Shown here: positions 43,101 through 60,932 of the stretch, one piece after another | How positions within the stretch are numbered: position 1 is the stretch's first letter | How the letters are laid out: each line of letters opens with the position of its first letter | Origin: Lingula anatina | Taxonomy: Eukaryota > Animalia > Brachiopoda | Length of the DNA: 64,000 bases | NCBI GenBank assembly: GCA_051362555.1 | Contig: CM120641.1 | Span: forward strand, 28,526,401-28,590,400 | Reading direction: 5' to 3' | Program-made: the position numbers and the translations under genes | The notes under the pieces: generated by a model | The model's database searches: none | What the model was told of the DNA's origin: nothing | Seen by the model: the letters and a program-made list of their open reading frames with translations, nothing else

Positions 43101-43329
43101 AAAATTGACCACAGTACTCAGTACCAGTACTACCCAATAATGCTACTAACAAAATTCGTTAATATTTAATAAGTTAATATTTATCCATAAGTTCTTACTC
43201 TTCGTCTGCTGGATGAATCTCTCCAAACTGCTTTATGTGCTTTTTATCCTTTTTATTCGTTTTACCGGCGAAAAACTTGCGTTTTTTCGTAGTTTGTTTT
43301 CTTCCACGCTTTCCCTTGGGCCGCGCCAT
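28192..43329 (-). CDS. UTP25: U3 snoRNA-associated protein 25 (digestive organ expansion factor, DIEXF/Def), about 20 exons
   Basis: Basic N-terminus [17 protein letters not shown], acidic region, [102 protein letters not shown], and end [13 protein letters not shown]. Confidence 0.95.
32456..33273 (-). other. U12-type (minor spliceosome) GT-AG intron in UTP25
   Basis: Donor GTATCCTTT (33273-33265); branch point TTTCTTTAAC (32477-32468) close to the AG at 32457-32456, with no long pyrimidine tract. Splicing keeps the frame (KYCH-N-YAGQL). Confidence 0.85.
35375..35583. mobile_element. Degenerate MITE-like element in a UTP25 intron
   Basis: Imperfect terminal inverted arms attcccatagatatttaaatcgatc / gatcgatctaaatctctgggaat, plus internal ccctgggg / ccccaggg. 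Confidence 0.55.
36574..39205 (+). mobile_element. Non-autonomous Helentron/HINE-like (DINE-1/pearl-type) element carrying a satellite core
   Basis: 5' palindrome gaggcg-atac-cgcctc (36589-36604); 14-bp subterminal IR attgtaccaccagc (36610-36623) / gctggtggtacaat (39189-39202); 3' hairpin tgtaccgccagcg-ctaa-cgctggtggtaca (39171-39200); GC-rich short repeats 39101-39160; internal tandem array. Confidence 0.8.
36777..38200. repeat. 146-bp tandem repeat (~10 units), core of the HINE-like element
   Basis: aaagtaggtcaaaggtcaa-type unit start at about 36921, 37068, 37212, 37358, 37504, 37650, 37796, 37942 and 38088. Confidence 0.97.
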
Positions 43330-43439
43330 GTTTGTTGACCTACTTGTTGTCAACATTGTTTCTGATTGGACGAAAAAGGTTAGTTCCTTGTGATTGATTC
43401 ACGTGACTCTTCATGTGACAAGTCGGACAACAACAGAAA
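43330..43439. promoter_or_regulatory. Bidirectional promoter between UTP25 and cathepsin F, with CLEAR/M-box motifs
   Basis: Only 110 bp separate the divergent ATGs. Inverted CCAAT (attgg 43365-43369), tcacgtgac (43399-43407) and tcatgtgac (43411-43419). Confidence 0.8.
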
Positions 43440-49608
<6,169 letters not shown>

Positions 49609-49868
49609 ATATCTGAGGTGGACTTCTGCTTTGAGAAAGGAAGAACATCGCTTCCCATGCATTCACCTTAAACTGAACAATTCATTATAAAGCCATTCGT
49701 TCATTATGCTGCTGAAAATGTAGTTTTTTTTTTCTTACATGAACAGCAAAATTGTCATAGCTGTCAAGGCATGTCTTGCACTGCATGCTGTAGATCTTGT
49801 TCTAACCAAGATCATCTAATAGAAAATGCGCAGATTCATATGCATAATAATTGTCTATTAGACTGTAT

Positions 49869-50057
49869 TAAATCTGTATTTTATACCATAAACAAGAGAT
49901 CTGTATTTGTTCCGTGTAGATTATTAAACTTTGGTTGCATTTTGAATATTTTAAGCTATTCTTTCAGACTTTGTGTTAAATCTGTATTTTATACCATAAC
50001 CAAGAGATCTGTATTTGTTTCATGTAAATGTTTAAAATTTAGGTTCCATTTTGAATA
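49869..50057. repeat. ~108-bp period direct duplication in the CTSF 3' UTR
   Basis: taaatctgtattttataccataa.caagagatctgtatttgtt at 49869 and 49977. Confidence 0.85.
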
Positions 50058-51562
50058 ATTTCAGATTTTCTTTTTCTTGGGGCAATGTCTTTTGAAAAAA
50101 ATGACATTCAGTTAAGTATGTACAACTGCCTCTATTCTTCCCCCTTGGGTCTCGTAAAGATCTGCTGTTTGCATATCAAAGAATTATCAGAGTGGTCACT
50201 TTGTAATGTGTAGACCTACTTCTTGAGCTACTTCATTTGTCTAGCAGGAATATTGTCTTCAAAAAGTTTAGACTCTATATATTTAATTTTTAAAGTCTGT
50301 TTATATTTAGAAATGATACAGATAGTAATGTTGAGTTAACCAAATCTCTTAGGAATTGTATTAAATGGTGATTATAAGCATGTATAGTATATTTTGAGTT
50401 TAAAATAAATACCTCTACTCTGCCTGGTGCAGTTTGGTATGTATTTGTGATGTCAATGCATTTGCACTTTAGTCAAATAAAAATTGTAGAATAACTACAG
50501 ATTTTCTTATTTGCATATTTCCGACTGCTGAGTGCTAGTGTTGCACATTTTTAAGTTGGTGACAAATGAAAACCCAAGCATTCTAAGAACCAAGTGGTGT
50601 TTTATTAGTTAACATCTTACAAGCGGCTTTTTCCAAGCCAATAGTTAACCCCCCCCCCCCCTTTTAAAGAGGGTTAACATGCCTGCCCTGTATTCAAGTT
50701 AGTACCACTTAACGTTATTTTGCTATTTGGGGCTGCATTCCCCTTAACTGCCCCCTGCACATACCCGTAAGCATATATACATGCACACAGGTAAACAAAT
50801 ATCATGTCATTGCCATTGAACAGGCTTATTAGATTTATTGCCAAAATTGCTCTAAAGCAGAGTATTGTCAACAACAACACAGATATCTTGACCAAATTTT
50901 ATTCCAATCAATAATATAACAATAGAAATTAGATATGAACATTGAACATTTTCAAATCCGATATAGTCTTGTGTAAAGGTTGTCACAACTTTAAAATGCA
51001 ACATAAAAATATGTTGTAGAAAAATACTTATTTAATTAACACAATATATATATAGATATAAAAATTTGACGTGAAATTATTAATATAGTCTTGTTTAGAG
51101 GTAGTCAAATTTAAATTCAAAACAAAAGTACAAGTAAGTTGTTAAACAATACCGAAACATTTACCCAAAACATGGGCATAATCTGAGATCCCAGCCAAAA
51201 TTTACTCCAATACCAATAATAATGACAGAAATTAGATATGAACGTTTAATATTTTCAACATGAAGGCAGTTTTATGAAGAGGTAGTTAAATTTTAAATTC
51301 AATACAAAAGTACAAATATTCTGTAAAACAATACTGAAACATTTAACAATAAGTATATAAATATATATAATTTCTCATAAGAAAATGTATAATGTAAACA
51401 AAAATAATAAATATCACAAAATATAATGACTGACATTTATCACATTTAGAAAAGACGCACATTTTTCTTAACAATAAAACCGGTACTAGGCATAAGACAT
51501 GTTCACTTCTATGTTCATCACTTGATCCATAAGAATTAATCCTACCAAAATCTAACTTTAAT

Positions 51563-54500
51563 TCAATCTGAGGTTTGAGTTGCTTTCTCTAAAAGCCAGT
51601 CGATCACACACTCGGTTTCGTGGGCCACTTTCATTCCCACCATGCCGTTGGTCCAGGTATCGCTAAAACTAAAGTTGTCCGAAAGGTTTTTGAGGATTCT
51701 TTGAATTCGTCTCTGTCGGTTGCCACAGTGTTCGGGGTCGACATCAGAGGCGTCGGACATAATACACAACAATCTCTCTAGGCCCATAGAAGAGTGGTGG
51801 GTGAAGTTTCTGGTTGCGTGTGATACCGATTGAGATTGAGGAGAATTGTTCTCGCTTTCCTTCAGAAGCTCAACCTTTGCCTTTATCTCACGGAGCCGTT
51901 CGTAAACATCCTATAGCAAAAATTATAAATAAGTAAATCGTTTTGTTTTGTCACTCTAAAACTGATAAGTTTGCTGGTGAATCAGGCAAAACATTCTGTT
52001 AAAAACTTCAACTAAAACTATATCAAAATATTGCTTTACAAAGTCCTGTTAAAGTCTTTATTAAGCAAGATAAAATGGATTTTTTCTTTTCCTGCGGAGT
52101 CGTGAATTTCATCTTGAATACCGCATATTTCAAACAAGCCTAAGGCAGCGTAGGTATCTGCCAATGCAATTCAACTACTATAATTTATTATTTGATTGAT
52201 TAATTAACTAATCACCAAAACCTAATCGATTGTAAGTTAGCCATATTCCGACCGATACTGAAAATTTTTGAACTAGACAAACCAATTAAGACAAAAACAC
52301 AACTTCCTTGGTGGAAGAAAAATGTGGCATTTAACTTTGAAAAGTTTATATAATAGATTACAGTGGCGGATTTGGGGGGTGGCAGGGGGTCCTCCCCCCT
52401 CCCCCCCCCCTCACCCCCTTCGATTTCTGAAAAAAATCACACCAATGGCCACCTCCTGAAATTCTGACGAGCTAAACCATAGTTCAAAACCGTAACATAT
52501 GGCACGGTTCGCCCTTTAAAATACCAAAAATTTCGCGGCCCTTCAGCGGGCCCCAGACCCTACGCCAAGGGGAGGGGGGTTGGCTTCGCAGCCGCGGAAC
52601 CCCCCTCCCCCTTCAAATAATCTTGGATCCGCCCTTGGATTAATAAATGACCCTGCCCTTTTGATATGTTTCTACAGGGGAAAACTAATAGTACCTCAAT
52701 TGTGTACAGATAGTTCTTCACACAAGAACAATCCAGGCATCCTTTTGGGATATCCACATCTCTAAGACACTGTCCTGCGACTTGGAGTCGATAATCAAGG
52801 TGGGGTCCGTCTTTCTAAACGAAACAATAAAAACGTGAGCTTAAAACATGTTTTTCAAAAAATGCTAGTTATTATATGGAAGCAGAAAACATGAAAATTT
52901 TAGAGGGATGAAAGCTAGTAATACAGCATGGTCAGAGAGAAATTATTTTTAACACAGTTGTTTTCTGTATACAAAAACATTTTATTACTCCAAGATTTGA
53001 TTGGGTTGTCCAACAATAATGAGGAAACGTAGAGAATATTGTGCTATACTTTTAAAACTGAAAGACATTGCTTGAATGCACTCTGTTAGATGTATGTTTA
53101 ATTGTGTATATTTATTCAACTTACTGCATGGTGTGCTTTAGAGAATGACAAGGTGGCCTTCTTGAAAGCCAGCACTTGACGGATGAAGTCAGCGTCTCTC
53201 AAGATACTTTCGTCTTTGCTCTTAGCACACCCTAAAATCAACAAAAAAGGTTATTAAATTTATTATTTTTCTTTAATTCCTTTGATTCCCAGATTTACAG
53301 TTTTATTTATTATTTTTTTCCCTCAATTTCAAGCCCATGAAGCCTGGGCCAACATAAGGTTTTAAAAAGATGATTAACACAATGAATACTCGACGCGTAT
53401 CAATTTTACCTTGCAATAAATTGCAGTTGTCAGCAGTGCTGCAGGGTTGGTTGATAAGACACTGAGCAGTTCGTCCTCGTGAAGTCAGGGCTCTGTGACA
53501 GCCGTGAGAATGACGTTGGCCTGAGGCGGTCATCAAGTGGGCGGCCATCACTGTTAACACCACTGCAAGCACCAGTGAACTTTTGCCTTGAAAACATACA
53601 GCACGCCTGAGTGATTATTATATATATATGACATTCGTCTGTGATCAGATAAATGTGCCTCGACATCTCAAATGAAAGAGGGGTGCAGAGAGAGAGAGAG
53701 AGAGAGAGTAAATGACACAGAGCATTTGAGAAAATAATTCCGATCTCTGTTTTCTGTTTTTGGTATCTTTGTATTTCTAGTATCTCTGTGACTCTGTATT
53801 TCTTCGTTTGGAAACGTTACATTTTCTGTTGGATCAACTTATACGTCTGCTCTCAGGTCAGGATGTTCCAATCGAGAAGCACTTTTGTTCAGACTTATTC
53901 TCAATATCTCTCATTTTCCATGGTGCCTACGTGACCCATTTCTCATTTACAAATGGTGCTACATTTGCACAAAAAGTCATCATTAGAAAGCAAAATGATA
54001 TTTTTCGAAAACAGAGCAATTAGAGACTTGTGAAGATTCTTTTGTCTATAGCTATTTATATTAGTTTGATCTTACCATCCAATATTTCATCTGCTTGCAG
54101 TCAGATTTCATCAGTCTATTATAATAACAAAGTCTATTATAATAACATAGCTAATGAAACTGTTCTACACTAGAGCAATTAGAATGTCAAAAATTCATAA
54201 ATTTACAAAGTGGTAGGGCAGAATTTCAGCTCTCTGTCCATCAGAGATTTTCTTCACATGTCAGATGCAGTCTCAGTGCTGTACGTGATAACAGGGCGGT
54301 GCACTTGCAGGTTTCAGTTTTACTTCCTGTTTGCGATAACGTTATAACGATAACGTTATATTATATTATATAACATTCCCCATAACCCCCTGGTTCAATT
54401 TATGTAGACCCCAATCTTCTTAACCAAAGAAGTGTCCGTGTCGACCAATGTCGGACATGAAGATATATTATCACGTGAAAATGAAATAATGATATAATAG

Positions 54501-55965
54501 GTAACCATCTTTCCTTTGCATTGCTTTTTAGAATCATAATTTCCTTTTCACGTGTATTTCACGATATACCCAGACTTTGATACAATGAATAATTTCTCTG
54601 ACTGCTCTTATAAATATTTTCATATAAGTTTGCAAGGAATTGGATTTGTGATAGAATTTCCCTTGATTTCAAGCCCCACAGATTACGTAATTAAAAGGAG
54701 GAACAAAGTCCGGTGCATCCAGGATATCAAGTAGGCCTACGTCATAGAAGGCCAAGCATTCACTGTCCCTAACCCCCTCACCCTAACCCCCCTCACCTGA
54801 ATCAACTTATACCAATTTAATTAGAATGTACACCCTAACACGGGACTTCTCATGTTCCTTGTAAGATCTCAGACAGGTCAGAACTCTGAAATTGCCAGCA
54901 TGCGACAGCGATCAAAACCCGAGCAACCCAGTAAAAAAAATCCGTGATGAGTTCGGGTTTGTCTTCCCCCTTCCCGATACCCTCAACCAAGGCCACAGAT
55001 TGATTTTCCACTAGTTATTGACAGATATCTATCTGGCTATTTCTTTTCTTTTTTTTCTCTACTCCTCAGCGAGAATTTTTGCAAAGAACTGATGCCATCA
55101 CTCAGCTTGCCGCTAATAGATAGTACATGGGCCTGCACGTTGCGCGAACACGGAATACGGTGGTGTGAGCGGAAGCGCCCATCTCATCCAACGGTAAAGG
55201 AAGATGTGAATTATAAACATTATAAACGCCCAGAGTGCAACTCGGACTACTGGACACGGAAGTCAACATGGTCCCCAGTTGCGGTCAAAGAAGTCGTGAC
55301 AATTATTCGCAACACTGGTAAACAGCTTCCTAGATCGAGTGAATGGGTTCGCTGGGAGCAACAACCCACCTGCTAAATATAAACTCACACGCATGTCTGT
55401 AAGTGCCCCTGGTCATGCTTTTCGTAAGCCAACGCAACGTGGGCGCGCACGTGTGTGTGCACGAGCACTTGCAAACGCTAGCACTAATTACAATCTTATG
55501 TCTCTTTAATGAACAGAAAATTTAGAATGAAAATTTTGACCTCGTGAATGAAATGGGGTAAACGGTACCTTTGCATGCATTACAATTTCACTACATTGCT
55601 TGTTTTAATCAGAACTACATTTGAACGTTGAATAAAATTTAAGATATCAGTTTTCTTTTATTTTCATTAAAATATATACATAACATTCAGTTTTCTAATG
55701 CTGACAGATGACTTTGAGTTTAGGCGAGTAAAATTGCCGTCTATGCAAGCTCGTGAATTAAGGTTTTTCAAACCAGACTGTTAAATATCTTCATCATGTT
55801 TTCAGATAAAATTCAAACTTTGGCACCAGCAGAGCGATTATGTCAAATTTCGTGAGAACTATTCTTTTCACTTGTTTTTCTCTTGAAATTATTAATTAAT
55901 TAAACTACTACGTCAAAAAAAAAAAACTTACCTTGGTAAGCTCGCATCGATACCATACTGGCCAT
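51563..55965 (-). CDS. Uncharacterised secreted cysteine-rich helical protein, 261 aa, 5 exons (candidate four-helix cytokine)
   Basis: Exons 55965-55932, 53586-53410, 53231-53125, 52814-52695 and 51910-51563, all GT-AG, phases 1,1,0,0, total 786 nt with no internal stop. Hydrophobic signal-like segment SLVLAVVLTVMAAHLMTASG; 12 Cys; sequons NFT, NLS, NFS. The gene structure is well supported; the family assignment is inference. Confidence 0.8.
52361..52637. mobile_element. MITE with GGCGGAT/ATCCGCC termini in intron 4 of the secreted-protein gene
   Basis: cagtggcggat...ggatccgcccttg terminal inverted arms. A related copy lies at 11887-12107 and a terminus-like fragment aggggcggatccag near 60076. 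Confidence 0.75.
53687..53708. repeat. (GA)n microsatellite
   Basis: Pure AG run. Confidence 0.9.
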
Positions 55966-56084
55966 TGAAACAAATATCTTCTGAACTGTAGTTATCTGAA
56001 TTCCAATTTTTTCTTTAAATTACCGTTTGAATAATTTATATTATACTTGGACTTCCACTGTGCCTAGGGTCTTGTACCCGTGTT

Positions 56085-56365
56085 TCATTAAACTCACCTG
56101 CGCGTCAGTTGCTTATATAGGTGTCTCTTCGGAAGTAATATATATGTTCGAACGTGTTTTTATAATCAGTTTCGGTGGATGGCTCGATGACCTCATGTCT
56201 GTGACACTCATTTGGTTTCTCTAAGGACGCTCTTTGATCTAGTAACTGAACGTTACTGAAAGTGTTTCTTCCTTATTTGCCAGAGAAAACAAAGAGACAA
56301 ATCACTTTGGAAAGCTTTCGATCATATCAGTATCCTGTAAACAGGTTAGGACTTCTCGGAAATGA
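56085..56365 (-). promoter_or_regulatory. Putative promoter of the secreted-protein gene: TATA box, CRE-like and STAT (GAS) motifs
   Basis: CTATATAAG on minus at 56120-56112, about 150 bp above the ATG; TGAGGTCA (7/8 CRE) near 56188-56195; TTCTCGGAA (TTCN3GAA) at 56353-56361. Confidence 0.55.
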
Positions 56366-59300
56366 CCAATGAAATATATTTGGCACCTATTACATACTTC
56401 ATTAATAACTATGGAAATATTTAATATATACATCAATTTGGGTTGTTCCTGTATTTTGGTATTTCCCAGGTAACAATTAATTTTAGGTTTCTTACGTTGC
56501 TGTTCCATTTCAATGGAGAAAAGGAAATAAAATTGGGAGTATTATAAACTGTTTTATTATGTTGCCGATACAAAAGTCAGGCTTTACAAATAGTTTGACG
56601 TGTCTTTTAACCAATATAGTGGACATTTGACTTAAGATTAACACCTTTGAATGCAAAAGTCACCCAATGTAAACACATTTTACATTGATAAGATAGCTAT
56701 GTTTGACTGCTGGACATTCAGACGCAAAACCATCACAAAAGCCCATTGTAAATGCAAGCAGGATGTTCTATAAAAGAAATGCTTCTGCATCCTAGTTCCG
56801 GCGAGACAGTCAAACATTTTATCTGACCAGTATTGTTCAATTATTTTCATGGTCTTCTGTCAATAAAAGTGAAGGTATGTCTTGATAATAGTTATCAGAA
56901 GGGCTACAATAGATGTAAACTGATGGAGTTGCAGCAAAAACCTATCACAATGGTGTGTGCTTGTTGAAGATAAGTAAGTTGGGATTCTTGAGTTGTGGAC
57001 ATGGTACACTTTTCCACCATACCATACCATGCCAATCCACGTATATTTTACATTGCATTTGGCAGTATATTTAATAACATTAACTGCATAGTGTGTGGAT
57101 TTTCGCGTGAAAATGAAGATTCTTGAGATCAGTTGATTTGATATAAGAAAAATATATATATTGACAGCAATGAAGCTGCTGAAATTGCAAAAAAAAAAAA
57201 AAAAAAAAAAAAATCGAAATTGGAGATAGCTCATGCACAACGTTTTTTCCGACAGAATTTTTTCTCATGGACTTAAAGGCAAAAGTACTGAAAACGCGGC
57301 CAAAATCCGTTTAAAGGGGATACTAAGCCCCCAAAATTCGCTCCCTATACTTTCAAGTCATGGGGATTATGAATATACTTTATGAAACTTGCCATGGAAA
57401 TTCTTAAATCCGCCGAGCGTTTGATTGTCCAAACTCAAGAGAATCGCTTTTATATTTCGTGATTGGGGTATTATTTCTTCAGAAAAGACAAAATGTGGCA
57501 TAAACAGACTTTTCTAAAGCATGTAAATATCACTTTGTTTTATACTTGAACTGGTGCGCAATAGTGCTTTTGTAAAGCTTAAGAAACTTCATTCAGACGC
57601 GCAAGCACACGTGAATAATAGGTTTTGCCCTCGACATACACCGGCCATAATAAAGACCAGCCAGGCGCGGAAAGCCAAATTTCGTTTTCCATCAAAAACA
57701 ATACAACAACTTCGCTTTCTTTAAGATGGTGGAATGCGGATTTCCCCCGAAGAACATTATCAAACATTATTCTGAATTAAGATGTGAAAAAAAACAACTA
57801 TTTTTGCTCAGAACAGTGGACAATTTATACCTGAAAGTTTCTTAATAAGAAGTATATCTCATAATAAACTGAAACATTCAGTTTCTATTAATCAAGAAAT
57901 GTTGTAGAAAACAAATGAAAAGCAATCGTGTCGTAGCCATAAGCATTTCCCACTTGAAATAGATGTATGACGAGGCAAAATATTTGGAAGTCCCGCCTTA
58001 TGCCAATTCTGAAAATGAACCCTTCCCTTACCAGCTATTTAATTTAAACTGTACATGAAAACTTGCACCTGGACTTAAATCGCTATAAACTTGAAAATGT
58101 GACAAAGGAAATGAGAATATTCGAATGATCGAAGTAGACAGTTAAGCTCACTATGATATAATAACATCACTTTTCTTATTCTTTTTTATTGTTCTTTTTT
58201 TACCTTTTTTTTAAATTCATAATTTAAAAAAATGTTGTCTTATTTCCATCCTGAGCATTCCTAATGATTAAAATCTCACCTTTATACAGGATCAAGCATT
58301 ACAAACAAATTTCCATCCTGTTAAAATCATCATGCTCCTTACCGGTTTAAAAATTCAGCTACCGGAGGGGTAATCTAATCCACCAACACTAGATTCTCCA
58401 AGTCTGAACATTTTTATGTCCGTATTCAAATTGACAAATTTAAATGTAACTTATAATTCACACGTTTCTATGGTTAACAGCGGCCACATTACAAATGCAG
58501 AAGAAGCTGTCAATATGTCAAAAATGCATTATGAACATTTATCTAGACAAGAGTCACTTCCTTATTGATCACGTCTAACGCTTTATTATTGGTTGACTGG
58601 AAAGAAGTACGCTCGTGTGTTGCACAGTCTATGATATAGTGTGTGTGTGTGCGTGTGTGTGTGTGTGTGTGTTTTCATCAAATTAACATTGGTTCATAAA
58701 ATACCCAGAATTATAAATTCAGGGATTAAAAAGAAAGATAGAGCACCCAATGAAGTTTTCTGCCTATGTTTGGCATTCTCATTACCTCCATGAAAAGATT
58801 GGGGACGGGGGGGGGGGGGGGGGGGGGGGGGGTAAGTAAGTTATGATTTATTGAGAAATAAGAAGGAAAGACAGGATTCAACATATTCCAGATAAAAAAT
58901 TATTAATGTTTACAGACTCATACAGTGATGAATAATGACATCATATGGATAATTTTCAAGTTTCTTTCTTATTTGTTGGCGAAAACCGAATGTGTCTACA
59001 GCCATCAGGTGCCCATGGTATCCGGCCCCTTTCAGGGCCAGAGGGTGGACACAAGGGATATCCGTAATGCCGTTGGCGGCGCTGGGGGTCGATGAGGTGT
59101 TCTGCAGCGATGTGTGGCGACAAAGCCGTCTTTCTGAAACTAGAAAATACGAACTCTACAGTCCATTATGTCATTCAGTTTTAAACACATTCAAGTATCG
59201 AAACATGTGAAAGCAAATTTCTTGTGGCGGGTTATTTTTATTTTGCACATTTCTTTCGAAGATTTTACCGACTGTTCTTGAAGTGAGCTTGGGTATAATG

Positions 59301-59892
59301 AACTTGAAACACGAATTGGTAGTTGCTGAAATGTTTAAACATCCATTTTTTTGGGGGGGGGGGGGCAAAAGGAATTGCCTAAATGAACTTTTTTCAAGGC
59401 AACATAAAGTAAATTTACCGCAATCGGGAAAATCACGTGGGCCTTCAGCCTTAACTGATCATTATCATCACAATGATTGTTTCTAATTCAAGTGCATAAT
59501 CTTCAAATATCAAATACTTTCATGCTCTATGTAACAAGCAATTATCTAGAAATCACCATGTACAGTTAAGCCCTTCCACGCCAGCTTCCAGAATATCTGT
59601 CTCTATAGATATCATGCGGGCTTTTTGCCATTGCCTTAATGTAAATAAAATACAATTAATTTGAAATGCCTTACCCTGTCACTAATTCCTTTTCCGTTTT
59701 CTTAAGTGGCTGAACAGAACCTCTTTTTTAATTTTTGATTCTGCATTAACAAGTGATATTAACATGACTTCAGCATTTCCATTGATCAAACAAGCATTAG
59801 GTGTTCAAAATTAATTTTTTAGCAACAATATTGTTCAACCAAATGAAACATTTCGAATATTCGGAAACACGAATTTTATGTAATGTGACAAT

Positions 59893-59940
59893 AGGGGAGA
59901 CCTGGGCTAGTTGGACCCCGGGGTAAGTTGGCCCCCCGTT
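59893..59940. mobile_element. Probable terminal fragment of a DNA transposon/MITE
   Basis: ta-ggggagacctgggctagttggaccccggggtaagttggcccc is a reiterated terminal-type motif. I found no partner end. Confidence 0.35.
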
Positions 59941-60816
59941 CATTTATGAAAGAGTACCTTCGGGGTCAAGCATTTGACTACATAATCTTGTAAAGTGACC
60001 ATACACTACCCTCTACCAGGGTGGCAGATATTATAGGTACATTTCCAATGGAAATGCGGGAAATGTGCCTATAATAGGGGCGGATCCAGAGAGATTTTCT
60101 GACAGTCTTCCAAAATACCTTTGTTGATCCATCCATTATTTATGACAGAAAAAAATAGATACCCGTCAATGTAAACTTGAAAATCTTTAAAAGGTAAATG
60201 ACAAGACTCGTTGCAAGGACAGCACCATTAAAATTTATTCCCTTAACTGGCTTAGGAATCAAACAAATCTTCAATAAAAGTTACTTATATACTGTAATTC
60301 AATGTACTATTTTGGAAAAGCTGATCCTTTTCCTTAATGCTTAGACAATAGAGCACAACAAAAGATATACAGCTTGTAAAGGATTTGTTCAAAATAAAGT
60401 CTGTTGTTTAATTCGCGTTATTTTGGCCAATTAAGGATTAGAAAACTGATCCGAATTAAAGCTAGACAACGAACTTGAAGCCATAAAAGCATTTAACACA
60501 ACTACCTATGTTAACAAAGGCATTAACATATTTAAACTGGAAAAAGCCTGATCATTACAAAAATATTTCTCAGCAACGTCGTTGATCTAAAACCTTTTAA
60601 GCTTAACATTCTGTTGAACTTCTTGTTAACTTTGCAGCGTGCTCATTATAAATACACGGCAGTTTTTTTGTCAAGATTCATGACCAACTTCATGAAATAT
60701 TTGCACGTTCAGACACTTGTGCAGACAACTGTTTTTACATGGATGTTCCTAAAATGGATATCACGTTATAGTAACAAATATTACTAATTCCAATCAATTC
60801 TAAAATTCAAATAAGC

Positions 60817-60817
60817 A

Positions 60818-60848
<31 letters not shown>

Positions 60849-60849
60849 A
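60817..60849. repeat. (ATAA)n microsatellite in the DCAF5 3' UTR
   Basis: About 8 ATAA units; reads (UUAU)n on the DCAF5 transcript. Confidence 0.9.
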
Positions 60850-60932
60850 TGAATTGCACTTCACCCGCTTTCAGTTTATCAACGTTCTGGTAGTCTTGAT
60901 TGAAATTATATAAAACATTGGACAAGAAACTT

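Noticed and set aside
54767-54840. CCCTAA telomere-like motifs
   Set aside because: Only 2-3 scattered copies; not an interstitial telomeric array.
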